Under the pieces are notes generated by a model that searched no databases, was not told the origin of the DNA, and worked only from the letters and a program-made list of their open reading frames with translations. 64,000 nt of DNA from Alphaproteobacteria bacterium (lineage in GTDB: Bacteria > Pseudomonadota > Alphaproteobacteria > UBA828), in contig CBDEFM010000002.1 in the NCBI GenBank assembly GCA_965237415.1, positions 3,136,001 through 3,200,000 of the forward strand. Direction: 5' to 3'. A program made the translations under genes and the position numbers. Of the stretch, positions 1-9,652 are shown in pieces (within the stretch, counting starts at the first letter, position 1; each line of letters begins with the position of its first letter).

Positions 1-1
1 C

Positions 2-1288
2 GCCACCAACGGGTGGAGCCGCATCCTGCCACCGCGTGCGCCGGCGCCGGCGCTCAAGGGCGACGTGCGCGCCGATTGGCTGGTGGTGGGCGCGGGGTTC
101 ACCGGCCTCGCCGCGGCGCGCAGGCTGGCCGAGAACCGGCCCGACGACCACGTCGTGCTGCTGGACGCCCACGAGGTGGGCGAAGGCGCGTCCGGGCGCA
201 ATTCCGGTTTCGCCATCGACCTGCCGCACAATGTCGGCGGCGCGTTCGATGAGCTGTCAGGCGCTCATGGCTACATCCGCCTCAGCCGGGCGGCGATCGA
301 CCATCTCGACGCATGCGTGGCGCAGCACGGGATCGACTGCGGCTACACCCATCGCGGCAAGTATCACGCCGCCGTCACGGACCTCGGGCGCACGAAGATC
401 CTGGAGCCCTTCGCACGCACGATGGAGGCGCTCGGCGAGCCCTATCGCTGGCTCGACGCCGCAGAACTCCGCAAGGCCCTCGGAACCTCCTATCACTCGG
501 TGGCGCTCTATACGCCGGGCGGGCGGCTCTTCAACCCTGCCGGCCTCACCAAGGGCCTCGCCGCCACGCTGCCCGAGAACGTGACGCTGCACGAGCACAC
601 GCCGGTCATGGAGGTCGAGCAGCGGAACGGCGTGCGCGCGGTAACCCCCGGCGGCGCCGTCGACGCTGAGGCCATGGTGCTCGCGGTCAACGGCTATGCG
701 CCCCAATTCTCGGTCTTCAAGGGCACCCTCCTGACCTTCGCGGCCCACGGCAGCCTGACCCGGCCTCTTACCGAGGCGGAGCACCGGGCGCTCGGCGGTG
801 TAGAGGACTGGGGGCTGACGCCGGCCAACTCCCACGTCGGCGTCACTCTGCGTTACACGACCGACCGGCGCATCCTGGTCCGCCAGCGTTTCTTCTACGC
901 GCCGAGGCTCAGGCGCTCGGACGCCGAGATGGAGACGATCCGCCGCGACCACCAGCGGGCCTTCGAGGCGCGCTTCCCAATGCTGCCGGATGTCAAGATC
1001 GAGCACACCTGGCGCGGCTATGTCTGCCTCTCGCGCAACCATGCGCCGGGCTTCGGCAAGGTCGGCCCCCACACGTTCGCCGCGGTCTGCCAGAACGCGG
1101 TCGGTGTCACCAAGGGCACCATCTCGGGCGTGCTCGCGGCGGACATGGCCACCGGCCAGGACAACCCGCTCATCGCCGACATGGAGGAGCAGGGCACGCC
1201 CGCCCCGCTGCCGCCGGCACCCTTCTGCGACCTCGGCGTCCGTGCCCGCCTCGCGCTCGACAACATTCGCTGGCGCCGCGAGCGCTGA
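2..1288 (+). CDS. FAD-dependent oxidoreductase (DAO/PuuB-like), 5' end outside window
   Basis: Frame open from nt 2 (ATNGWSRILPPR...); Rossmann VVGAGFTGLAAA, GASGRNSGF motif, C-terminal GVTKGTISG. Confidence 0.85.
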   Translation, partial: ATNGWSRILPPRAPAPALKGDVRADWLVVGAGFTGLAAARRLAENRPDDHVVLLDAHEVGEGASGRNSGFAIDLPHNVGGAFDELSGAHGYIRLSRAAIDHLDACVAQHGIDCGYTHRGKYHAAVTDLGRTKILEPFARTMEALGEPYRWLDAAELRKALGTSYHSVALYTPGGRLFNPAGLTKGLAATLPENVTLHEHTPVMEVEQRNGVRAVTPGGAVDAEAMVLAVNGYAPQFSVFKGTLLTFAAHGSLTRPLTEAEHRALGGVEDWGLTPANSHVGVTLRYTTDRRILVRQRFFYAPRLRRSDAEMETIRRDHQRAFEARFPMLPDVKIEHTWRGYVCLSRNHAPGFGKVGPHTFAAVCQNAVGVTKGTISGVLAADMATGQDNPLIADMEEQGTPAPLPPAPFCDLGVRARLALDNIRWRRER

Positions 1289-1354
1289 CCGGAACTCCTC
1301 TCCAAAGTCGTCGTCTGCGCGGCCGAGGACTCCAGCTCGCTAATCCGATGGCGG

Positions 1355-2289
1355 TCAGGAGCCCGGATGCAGGCTGGCGATTTGCCGCTTCACGACCCGC
1401 GCTGCCTCGGATTGTGGGGCCGACTGCTGCAGGAGCTGAATGTGGGCCCGCCCCAGCGGCGGCAGAGCCTGCGCAGCGGAGACGACCTGCAATCCTTCGG
1501 GAATCGAGCCCTCTGCCATGACAGTGACCGCCGTTCCGGACGAGACAGCGCTCAGAATGACCCGTTCGTTGGCGCTGCAGATCGCTTCCCGACAGGCAAC
1601 GCTGCGAGACCGCAGAGCGTGTTTGGATCGTGTCCCGGCGCGTGGTGTAAGAGCGTTGCGCTCTACGCGGCTCCCGGCGGGTAGGGCCGGGACGTTCAGG
1701 CTGCCACGGTGGGCAGCGTGATGGGGACACCATCGCGCAGCGGAGCGATGGATTCCAGCGTCATGTATCTCCTTGAGACGGCCCACTCGTCGTTCTGCTC
1801 GAGAAGGATGGCACCGACGAGCCGTGTGATAGCGGCTTCGTTGGGAAAGATACCGACGACGTTGGTGCGGCGCTTGACCTCGGCATGGAGCCGTTCGATC
1901 GGGTTGGTCGAATGCAATTTCTGGCGGTGCTCCCTGGGGAAGCTCATGTAGGCGAGGACGTCGTGCTCGGCTTCGTCCATGAGAACTGCCAGCTTGGGCA
2001 CCTTGGGCCTGAGTTGGTCGGCGACCTGGCGCCACTGGGCCTTGGCGCTGTCGGCGTCCTCCTGGGCGAAGGCGGTGGCGACGAAGGCGGAGACGACGCG
2101 CCGGCCCTGCCTGCCGGCATGGGCCAGCAGGTTGCGGGCGAAGTGCACGCGGCAGCGCTGCCATGTGGCGCCGAGGATCCGGGTCGCGGCGGCCTTCAGG
2201 CCCTTGTGGTCGTCGGAGATCACCAGCTTCACGCCGCGCAGCCCGCGCCGGGCCAGCGAGCGCAGGAGCTTTGTATCGACATCGGACAT
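1355..2289 (-). pseudogene. LysR-family regulator split by IS256 insertion plus deletion
   Basis: N-term MSDVDTKLLRS (2289) and C-term KHALRSRSVACREAI...GTAVTVMAEG...LPPLG (1625-1355) both align by eye to the LysR at 14970-15839 (MIDLDTKQLRS; GTAVTVMAEG; LPPLG). Confidence 0.8.
1626..2262 (-). mobile_element. IS256-family element, 3' half only (transposase C-terminus plus right end)
   Basis: RGLRGVKLVISDDHKGL, WQRCRVHFARN, STNPIERLHAEVKRRTNVVGIFPN are IS256 motifs; terminal TTACACCACGCGCCGGGACACGATC ends at 1626. Confidence 0.9.
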
Positions 2290-2330
2290 GGCATATTAGT
2301 AATATCAATACTATGTTTCGGTCAATATGA
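2290..2330. promoter_or_regulatory. AT-rich putative LysR autoregulatory site
   Basis: CATATTAGTAATATCAATACTATG directly upstream of the LysR start in a GC-rich context. Confidence 0.35.
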
Positions 2331-2613
2331 TTGTCCGCCGACTGCCCCCTGCGCTGGTGAAATGGGGGCAGTTGAAGGGGGTCAGAGCCGGCGCCGTGGC
2401 CGGTCGGTCATTCGGCCTCAATGCGGTCCGGGGGCGGAATGCGGAGGGTCGAGCCGCAGTCGTTGCGTCCAGGCTCTCGGTCCTCAGGAAGCGGGCCGAT
2501 ACGCAAGGCGGACGACGGTAGACGTCCGTATCGCGCCGGCGTCTGGACGCGAGCATGAGGGCGGCGCGCGGCGCGAATATCCTGGATTGATGCTTGTCGT
2601 TGGATCGTCTTTG

Positions 2614-3702
2614 CTACCAACGATCGCCACTATTGTCGCCATGCGGATAGAACTGTTTGCAATAGCGCCGATATCTGCCGATGGCACCGTCGGAGCGGCA
2701 CAAACGCGGATGAGGTCGGTAGCTCTTCCGTCCCCAGATCTCGACATCCTAGAGAACATCCCGCTTTTGCATGAAAATCAACATTTTGTTCATGATCCTG
2801 GTGCGCAACGTCACCGGCAGGAATCCGAGGCCTGCGATCAGACGCTTGGGCTTTCGTATTTCCCGGACTTGTCCGGCCAGAACCAGATCGATGAACGTGC
2901 CGTCGACCGGCGTCGCCAGAATCCACAGGCGAGAGTCCATGCCGATCGTGTTCTCACGGATGTCGACGAACGAGTAACCCAGCCCATGGACGTAAGCGGT
3001 GACTGAAAAGTCGTAGATGATGTCGGTAAATCCTGCAATGCGGCGGCGACTCCTGAAATCGAAGCGACTCACGAGTACTGCGCCGTCCGCCGTTGTCGAT
3101 CCGGCAGCCTTCACATCGTCATAGCCGTGCACATGCCGCAGGTGGGCCAGGTCTACCGAGTTTTCCGTCGTCTCCTGGGGATGGCCGGGGAATCGGAGGG
3201 TCCGGAGTTCCAGGTCGCTCCACTCGCCTCCAGCCGGCGGCTCTTTGGGAAGGTCCCATTGCGGCGGGCGTCCGTCGATGCTCCACCAGGCGAAGACGAG
3301 ACCCAGGATTTCCCGCGTGTCGAAGACCTTCAGCCTCACCGATGCCGGCGGCGCGGCATAGGGAGTCGCAACACAGTTGCCGGCGACATCGTAGGTGAAG
3401 CCGTGAAAGGGACAGACGAGATGGCCATCGCGCACGCGTCCGCCGGCGGCAGGACCCAAAGAGGAGCCCAGATGAGGGCATACCGACTGGGCTACGCAGA
3501 TGGTCCCCTCATTGTCGCACCAGGCGACGATGTCCTGCCCAAGCCGCTGCTTTTGGATCAATCTTCTCTTCGTTATCGAGCGGCGGCTGTCGACAGAATA
3601 CCATCCCTCGGGAAATGGGAAGAGAGAGAGTTCGTCGCTCCCGACGCCGCAATCGTCGCCCACGTATTGCGGCGTTTGCTGCCTATGTAGAGGCTTCTGC
3701 AT
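2614..3702 (-). pseudogene. Rieske [2Fe-2S] oxygenase, KshA/Neverland (sterol-acting) type, with in-frame TAG at 2751-2749
   Basis: FPEGWY, CPHLG...CPFHGF Rieske motif, ENSVDLAHLRHVH Fe ligands; after the TAG the frame continues DVEIWGRKSYRPHPRLCRSDGAIGRYRRYCKQFY, matching the KshA/Nvd C-terminal consensus. Confidence 0.8.
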
Positions 3703-4238
3703 AGCAAGGCCCCTCAGCCCGGAGCGCACGACGGCGTGTGTTCACGGGGCATCAGATACCCATCCACATCGTACCGGATCACGGTGAGCACGAAGCACGC
3801 TGTTACCGACCGCGCGCGCCTCCTGATCCAAATTATAGCCCATTGTGTTTCACATCGCCTAACAAACAGCCGCAAGACCCCGATGCCGTGGGGGCTGACG
3901 AATTTCGCTGGACGGCCGGGGAGTCGGCGCGAGAGGATCATGGCCGCGGGCGTCGACAAAGCCTGCACTACGTCGAATGTTGCCCCCACCTGTATGGCCT
4001 TCCTCCCCGGCCCCCAACGCTGGCATCGTGCCGTCGAGCGACACAAGGGCGGTAACGGCCTCGCGCATCCGTTCGAGTGCCGCAAACTCAGCGGGCGCGC
4101 CCGAAAGAGTGATGAACGAGGGGGCCGTAGGCTGGGATACTGGACACGCAAATGCTCCCGATGTCGGGCTTCATCGCCTGAAGTCTGCCCACAAGACGGC
4201 ATGTTGAAATGAATTTAGAGACCTGCATAGCCCTCATC

Positions 4239-6644
4239 ATGGGTCGCCGCGGGTGCCCAGTACTTGGTATCTGTCGATGTCGACGTTCGGAATCATTTCA
4301 AAAAGAATGACCCACACATTGTCGCGCTCGATCAGTTGGAAGGCACCTACGCTATCTCCGACACCGCGCTTGTTGCCGTCGCGCCGCAGAGCGGCACCAT
4401 CTTCACGCGGGAAACGCTCGTCGCCATAGAAGAGCTGACCGAACAGCTTTGGCGAACGCCCTATGTCACCCGCGTTGATTCAATTGCAAACTATTCCCAT
4501 AGCGAAGGCTTAGAGGACGAGCTGATTGTCGAGCCACTTATCGACGACGCCGGTTCCCTGAGCGATAGTGACGTAGAACGAATAGAGAGAATCGCGCTCG
4601 ATACGGAGGAGATTGCCGGGCGCTTCATTTCCCGGGACGGTCACGTGGCCGGGTTGGTTGTCAGTATCGCGCTTCCCGATGATCGGCAAGATCGACAACC
4701 GGCTAAAGTAGAGGTTGTCGACTTCCTCTACGATGCTGCCGCCGAGGCTCGGGCAAAGTATTCGACCATCGACTACCATATTACTGGCGAGCTCGCCCTC
4801 AATCGTGCCATGAGCGACGCACTGAGCGACGAGTTTGGCATCCTCGGGCCCATCGCGCTTGGGACGATGCTGCTCGTCGTCATTGTTTTGCTGCGCTCGA
4901 TATGGGGGACAGTTGCGATTGTCTTGATGATCATTGCCGTCATCGTATCCGCGGTCGGCTTTGTCGGCTGGAGCGGCATGACGCTGTTCGGTGAGAGCGC
5001 TGCTGCAATATTCGTTCTGATGGCGATCGCGGTCGCACATTCCGTACACGTCATAGAGGCAATGCTGGCGGGTTTGCGCCAAGGAATGGACCGTAAACAA
5101 GCAGCGATCCATTCTATGGAGCTCAACGTGTGGCCTGTTTTCCTCACGTCGGTCACCACTGCAATCGGTTTCCTCAGCCTGAATTTCTCGGAAATGCCAC
5201 CGTTTCAGGTCATGGGTAACATGGTGGCTTTCGGCTCGTTGTGCGCCTTCGTCTACGCGGTGACGATTTTGCCCATAATTTTGTCAGTTATGCCCATGCG
5301 TAGTCGGCCCGCGGGCGCGGAGAGAGCGGACTATTTCGATCGTCTCGGGCGGTTTATCGTTTCCAACCGCGTGATCCTCTGTGCTCTTTCGCTGTTTTAT
5401 CTGTTGCGCTTATGGCCGGCACGTCTCGGATCGAACTCAAGGAAAACTGGCTGGAGCTTCTCGGCGAAAGTTACGAGTTCCGGCGGTCCACAGAATTCAT
5501 AAGCAGGAATTTCACTGACGTCGAAGCATTCGAGTACTCGCTCGTCTCCGGGCAGGAGGGCGGTATCACGGATGTCGAATACCTAAGCCAGGTGGATGCT
5601 TTCGCGGAGTGGTATCGAGCGCAGCCGGAAGTCGCCCACGTCTTCGCAATCTCCGGCATCATGAAGCGCTTGAACAAGAATGTGAATGGGGACGATCCGG
5701 ACTTTTACAGCGTTCCGGACAACGCCGAACTTGCCGCACAGTATCTGCTGCTTTACGAATTCTCTTTGCCGGTGGGTCTCGACTTGAACAATTTTATCGA
5801 CGTTGAACGCTCGGCAACGCGTGCAACGGTCGTGTTGAGCAGTCTCTCCACCAATGAGAAGATAGAGCTCGACGATCGCGCGCAAGCCTGGTTGCGGCAA
5901 AATGCTCCTGGTCTGGAATCCGGGGCCGCTGGAGTTTCGATTGTCGCTGCTCATTCGATTCAGAAGAATAAAAAAAACAAGCTGATCGGTACCATTACCG
6001 CGATGGGCATCGTCTCCCTGCTCCTGGTCTTCATCTTCAGGAGCGTGCGACTCGGCCTGATCAGTTTGATACCCATTTTCGTTCCGGCCGCCCTGGCGAT
6101 GGGTCTGTGGGGGTATGCGGTGGGAGAGGTCGGAAACGCAGCGGCGGTGGTCACCGCTATAGCGTTCGGCTTCATTGTTGACGAGACGATCCACTTCATG
6201 ACCAAATACATAAGGGCCAGAAAGAGCGGGCTGTTGCCGGCGGAGTCCGTTCAAACCGCCTTCCGCACCGTGGGCAAGGCGCTATTGGCGACGACCGTCG
6301 TGTTTGCGCTGGGCTTCATGGTGTTCGGGGCGTCGGGGATTGCGACCAACCAGGCGCTTGGTCTGCTCGTGGGAGCAACCGTTATCGTCACTCTACTGGC
6401 AGATTTCCTGTTCTTGCCGCCGTTGCTGATGGTGTTCGAGCGGTTAAAAGAAAGGAAATGGGGAGGGCAGTTGAACACGTCTGGCAAGTGCGGTTCCCTG
6501 GAGCGATATCTTGTGAAGGCCTTCGGACGGATCGGCGCCGCGTGTCGTGCCGGGTTCCTTATAGTCATGCTACCGGATAAGACTGGGCGCCCCGCTCTTG
6601 CGAGCGTGTTCTCCGCGCGTGCCGGCGGTGGGGGGGGGCGATGA
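4239..6644 (+). pseudogene. MMPL/RND-superfamily lipid transporter, frameshifted near 5380-5400 with eroded N-terminus
   Basis: Two consecutive ORFs (4264-5502, 5412-6644) give the two MMPL halves: AVAHSVH / TSVTTAIGFLSL and IVDETIHF / ADFLFLPPLL; first TM helix is out of frame before 4264. Confidence 0.8.
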
Positions 6645-7909
6645 TTGCGCGCCGCCTCGTCCTTCTCTCGGTGCTGTTGTGGCTACTGGTTCCGGTGCTT
6701 GCAACGGGAGCGCATGCCGACAACGGGATCGCCGATCTAATCGAGGTTTCCGGGCGTCTTTCCCCGGAAACCCGGCTCTACCCCGAGACTGCCGCGCATC
6801 CCGGCCAGCGCTCGCATGCGAGCGGCTTTGCCGCGGAGGCAACGGTCTATATGGAAGACGGCGAGGGCAGAAGCATTACGATCACGCCCTTTTTTCGATA
6901 CGACGCCGGAGATCCCGACCGCACCCACGCGGATCTTCGCGAGGCCTTTCTTCTCTTGTACGGCGATGTCGGCGAAGACGAATGGGAGCTGCGTCTAGGC
7001 GTCGATCGGGTCTTTTGGGGCGTCGTCGAATCGCGATCCCTGGTCGATATCGTCAACCAGACCGACCTCGTTGAACAGCCAGACGAGAAGACCAAGATGG
7101 GTCAGCCCATGGTCCATCTCACCTGGTCGGGAGACTGGGGGGCGCTGGAGTTGTTCGGGCTGACCTGGCACCGGCCGCGCACTCTCCCGGGCCGGCACAG
7201 CCGCGTGCGTGCCGGGCTCGTCGTGGACCACGATTTGACATCGTACGAGTCCGCATCGGAAGAGTGGCATCTCGATTTCGCCGGCCGCTACGGCGGTAGC
7301 TTCGGGCCGCTCGACGTCGGGCTTAGCGTGTTCGACGGCACGAGCCGCGAGCCCACCCTTCTGCCGGCGCTGGTGGGCTCTGAATTGGTTCTCGCGCCGC
7401 ATTACGAGCAGATCCTCCAATTCGGTCTGGATTCCCAGCTCACCACAGGCCCGTGGCTTCTCAAGCTGGAAGCCATCCACCGCGCCGGCGCGCAGAACCG
7501 CCGCCTGGATCGATACCTCAAATACGAGGAAGAGGACTACGCGGCTTTCATCGTGGGGGGCGAATACACGATCAATGCCGTGTGGGACTCGGACGCTGAT
7601 CTGAGCCTGATCGCCGAATGGGCTCGCGACGGGCGAGGCCGATGGGCAACCAACGCGTTCGAGAACGACATACTCCTTGCTGCGCGTCTCGGGCTGAACG
7701 ATGAACAGAGCACCGAATTCACCGTCAGCGTTCTGGCCTCACTCGACAACAGCAGTCGTGTTCTAAGCACTGAATTCAAGCGCCGCCTCTCGGAGAGCTG
7801 GTCCTTGCATGTGGAGAGCACCGCCTATTTCGGGATCGCCGAGGACGACGTCGTATACGATGTGCGGCGCGATAGTTTCATCGGGGTGAACCTGGACTAC
7901 AACTTCTGA
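6641..7909 (+). CDS. Putative outer-membrane beta-barrel protein (MMPL-operon associated)
   Basis: Signal peptide, DLREA...LRLGVDRVFWGVVES..DIVNQ motif, terminal YNF; overlaps MMPL stop (ATGA). Confidence 0.7.
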   Translation: MIARRLVLLSVLLWLLVPVLATGAHADNGIADLIEVSGRLSPETRLYPETAAHPGQRSHASGFAAEATVYMEDGEGRSITITPFFRYDAGDPDRTHADLREAFLLLYGDVGEDEWELRLGVDRVFWGVVESRSLVDIVNQTDLVEQPDEKTKMGQPMVHLTWSGDWGALELFGLTWHRPRTLPGRHSRVRAGLVVDHDLTSYESASEEWHLDFAGRYGGSFGPLDVGLSVFDGTSREPTLLPALVGSELVLAPHYEQILQFGLDSQLTTGPWLLKLEAIHRAGAQNRRLDRYLKYEEEDYAAFIVGGEYTINAVWDSDADLSLIAEWARDGRGRWATNAFENDILLAARLGLNDEQSTEFTVSVLASLDNSSRVLSTEFKRRLSESWSLHVESTAYFGIAEDDVVYDVRRDSFIGVNLDYNF

Positions 7910-8137
7910 ATCGGACCACTGCGTGAAGGCTCGGAGAACGGCCGCCATGTGGACTTTGCCGCGCGGGAATGGCCGTCGCCGGGCGGGGCTTTCATGCGCC
8001 GGGCAGGAATCGTGCTACCATGTGCGCAGAGGTCCGGGCGAAGGTGGAGGAGGTGAAATGGCCCTGCCGGCGCCTGGGCCCCGCCGTCGATTTCCCGATT
8101 TGCCCGCTCTTCTGATGGCCGCCGACAGGAGGAAACG

Positions 8138-8959
8138 GTGATGCGCGTCGCTCTCCCCCACCCAATGCTTGCCTTGTCCGGGATCGTTCTTGCCATTGCG
8201 GCCTGGGCGGTCGAACCCTCGGTCGGTCGCGCGGCCGACAGTGCCGAGGAAGCCGGGCTCAAGATCGCAACCGAAGCCCGCGAACGCCAAAATGGTTTCG
8301 GCAATTTCACCGCAAGCCTGACCATGATACTGCGCAACAAACGGGGGCAGGAAAGCCAGCGCGAACTCCGCCTGAAAGTGATCGAGGTCGAGGGAGACGG
8401 CGATCGCACCTTGTTCGTGTTCGACCGCCCGCGCGATGTCCGGGGAACCGCGTTTCTCGTCCACGCCCATAAGGACGAGCCGGACGAGCAGTGGCTCTAT
8501 CTTCCCGCCCTGAAACGGGTCAAGCGCATCAGTTCCTCGAAGCAGTCCGGCTCCTTCATGGGCAGCGAATTCTCATACGAGAACTTGAGCGCCGTCGAGA
8601 TCGAGAAATACACTCACCGACACCTGCGCGACGAGTCCTGTGGCGAGCTCGAATGCACCGTTTTGGAGCGCATCCCGCTCAGCAAGGATTCAGGCTATTC
8701 CCGTCAACTGGTCTGGCTCGACCAGGAGGAGCTTCGTACCATGCAGGTCCAATTCTTCGACCGCAGGGACGAGCATCTCAAGACGATGGCCGTCGAAGAC
8801 TACGAGAAATATCTCGATCGCTATTGGCGGGGCGGCGAGATAACGATGACGAACCATCTCACGGGAAAGAGCACCGTGCTGCGTTGGACGGACTACGAGT
8901 TCGGGACCGACCTCGACGTCGGCGACTTCACCCGGACGGCGCTAAAGCGGGTGCGGTAG
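8138..8959 (+). CDS. Outer-membrane lipoprotein-sorting (LolA-like) protein
   Basis: FDRPRDVRGTAFL, QWLYLPALKRVKRI, SFMGSEFSYE family motifs; signal peptide. Confidence 0.85.
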   Translation: MMRVALPHPMLALSGIVLAIAAWAVEPSVGRAADSAEEAGLKIATEARERQNGFGNFTASLTMILRNKRGQESQRELRLKVIEVEGDGDRTLFVFDRPRDVRGTAFLVHAHKDEPDEQWLYLPALKRVKRISSSKQSGSFMGSEFSYENLSAVEIEKYTHRHLRDESCGELECTVLERIPLSKDSGYSRQLVWLDQEELRTMQVQFFDRRDEHLKTMAVEDYEKYLDRYWRGGEITMTNHLTGKSTVLRWTDYEFGTDLDVGDFTRTALKRVR

Positions 8960-9019
8960 AGTAGGCGAGATCAGGCAGCTCTCTGACTCCGGCTTCGTCC
9001 ACAGGCGATCGACCGGAGC

Positions 9020-9217
9020 GGGCCATGGCGCTCATTCGAGGCCGTCGAGCTCGCTACTCTGGAATGGGTCGATTGGTTCAACAACCGGCGGCTCCTGGAG
9101 CCCATCGGAAACATCCCGGCGGCCGAAGCCGAGGAACGCCACTACGCCATGCTGGAGCAGTCAGATATGGCGGCGTGACTCAAACAAAATGGCCTCCGCC
9201 CAACCCGGCGCGGTTCA
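9020..9217 (+). mobile_element. IS3-family remnant (transposase C-terminus plus right inverted repeat)
   Basis: GPWRSFEAVELATLEWVDWFNNRRLLEPIGNIPAAEAE...* (stop 9176-9178), then CCTCCGCCCAACCCGGCGCGGTTCA. Confidence 0.85.
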
Positions 9218-9652
9218 GACCGAACGCATCTCGCAATGGCCTCCCGCTCGACGCAGAGCATAGTCCACGGAGCGTGCAGTCTGACTGAGAAGCTTCGGAT
9301 ATGAATTCGACAGCACGACTTCGAGGGGGGTGCCCAGGTCGATGACCTCGCAACTGGAGATGATGCCGCGCACATAGGGCAGCACACCCGCCTCCTCTCA
9401 CCCGGTCCGCACGAACACAATCCCGACTTGCGCAACTCGTCACGTCATTCGGCCAATTCGGCGGCTTATCGGCCATGAAAGTGGCGGATTATTGTGTATT
9501 GCCCCTTTGCAACTGTCTGTAATGCCGAGCTGTCCCCCTTGTGTTAACGGCGGAGGAATAATGCTCCACGCGGAGCGACCGGACGGTCCGGTCGCGGCGG
9601 CGCAAAAATGCGCCAACCATGGTCCTTTGTCGGTTGCGACGAGGGGCGGGGG

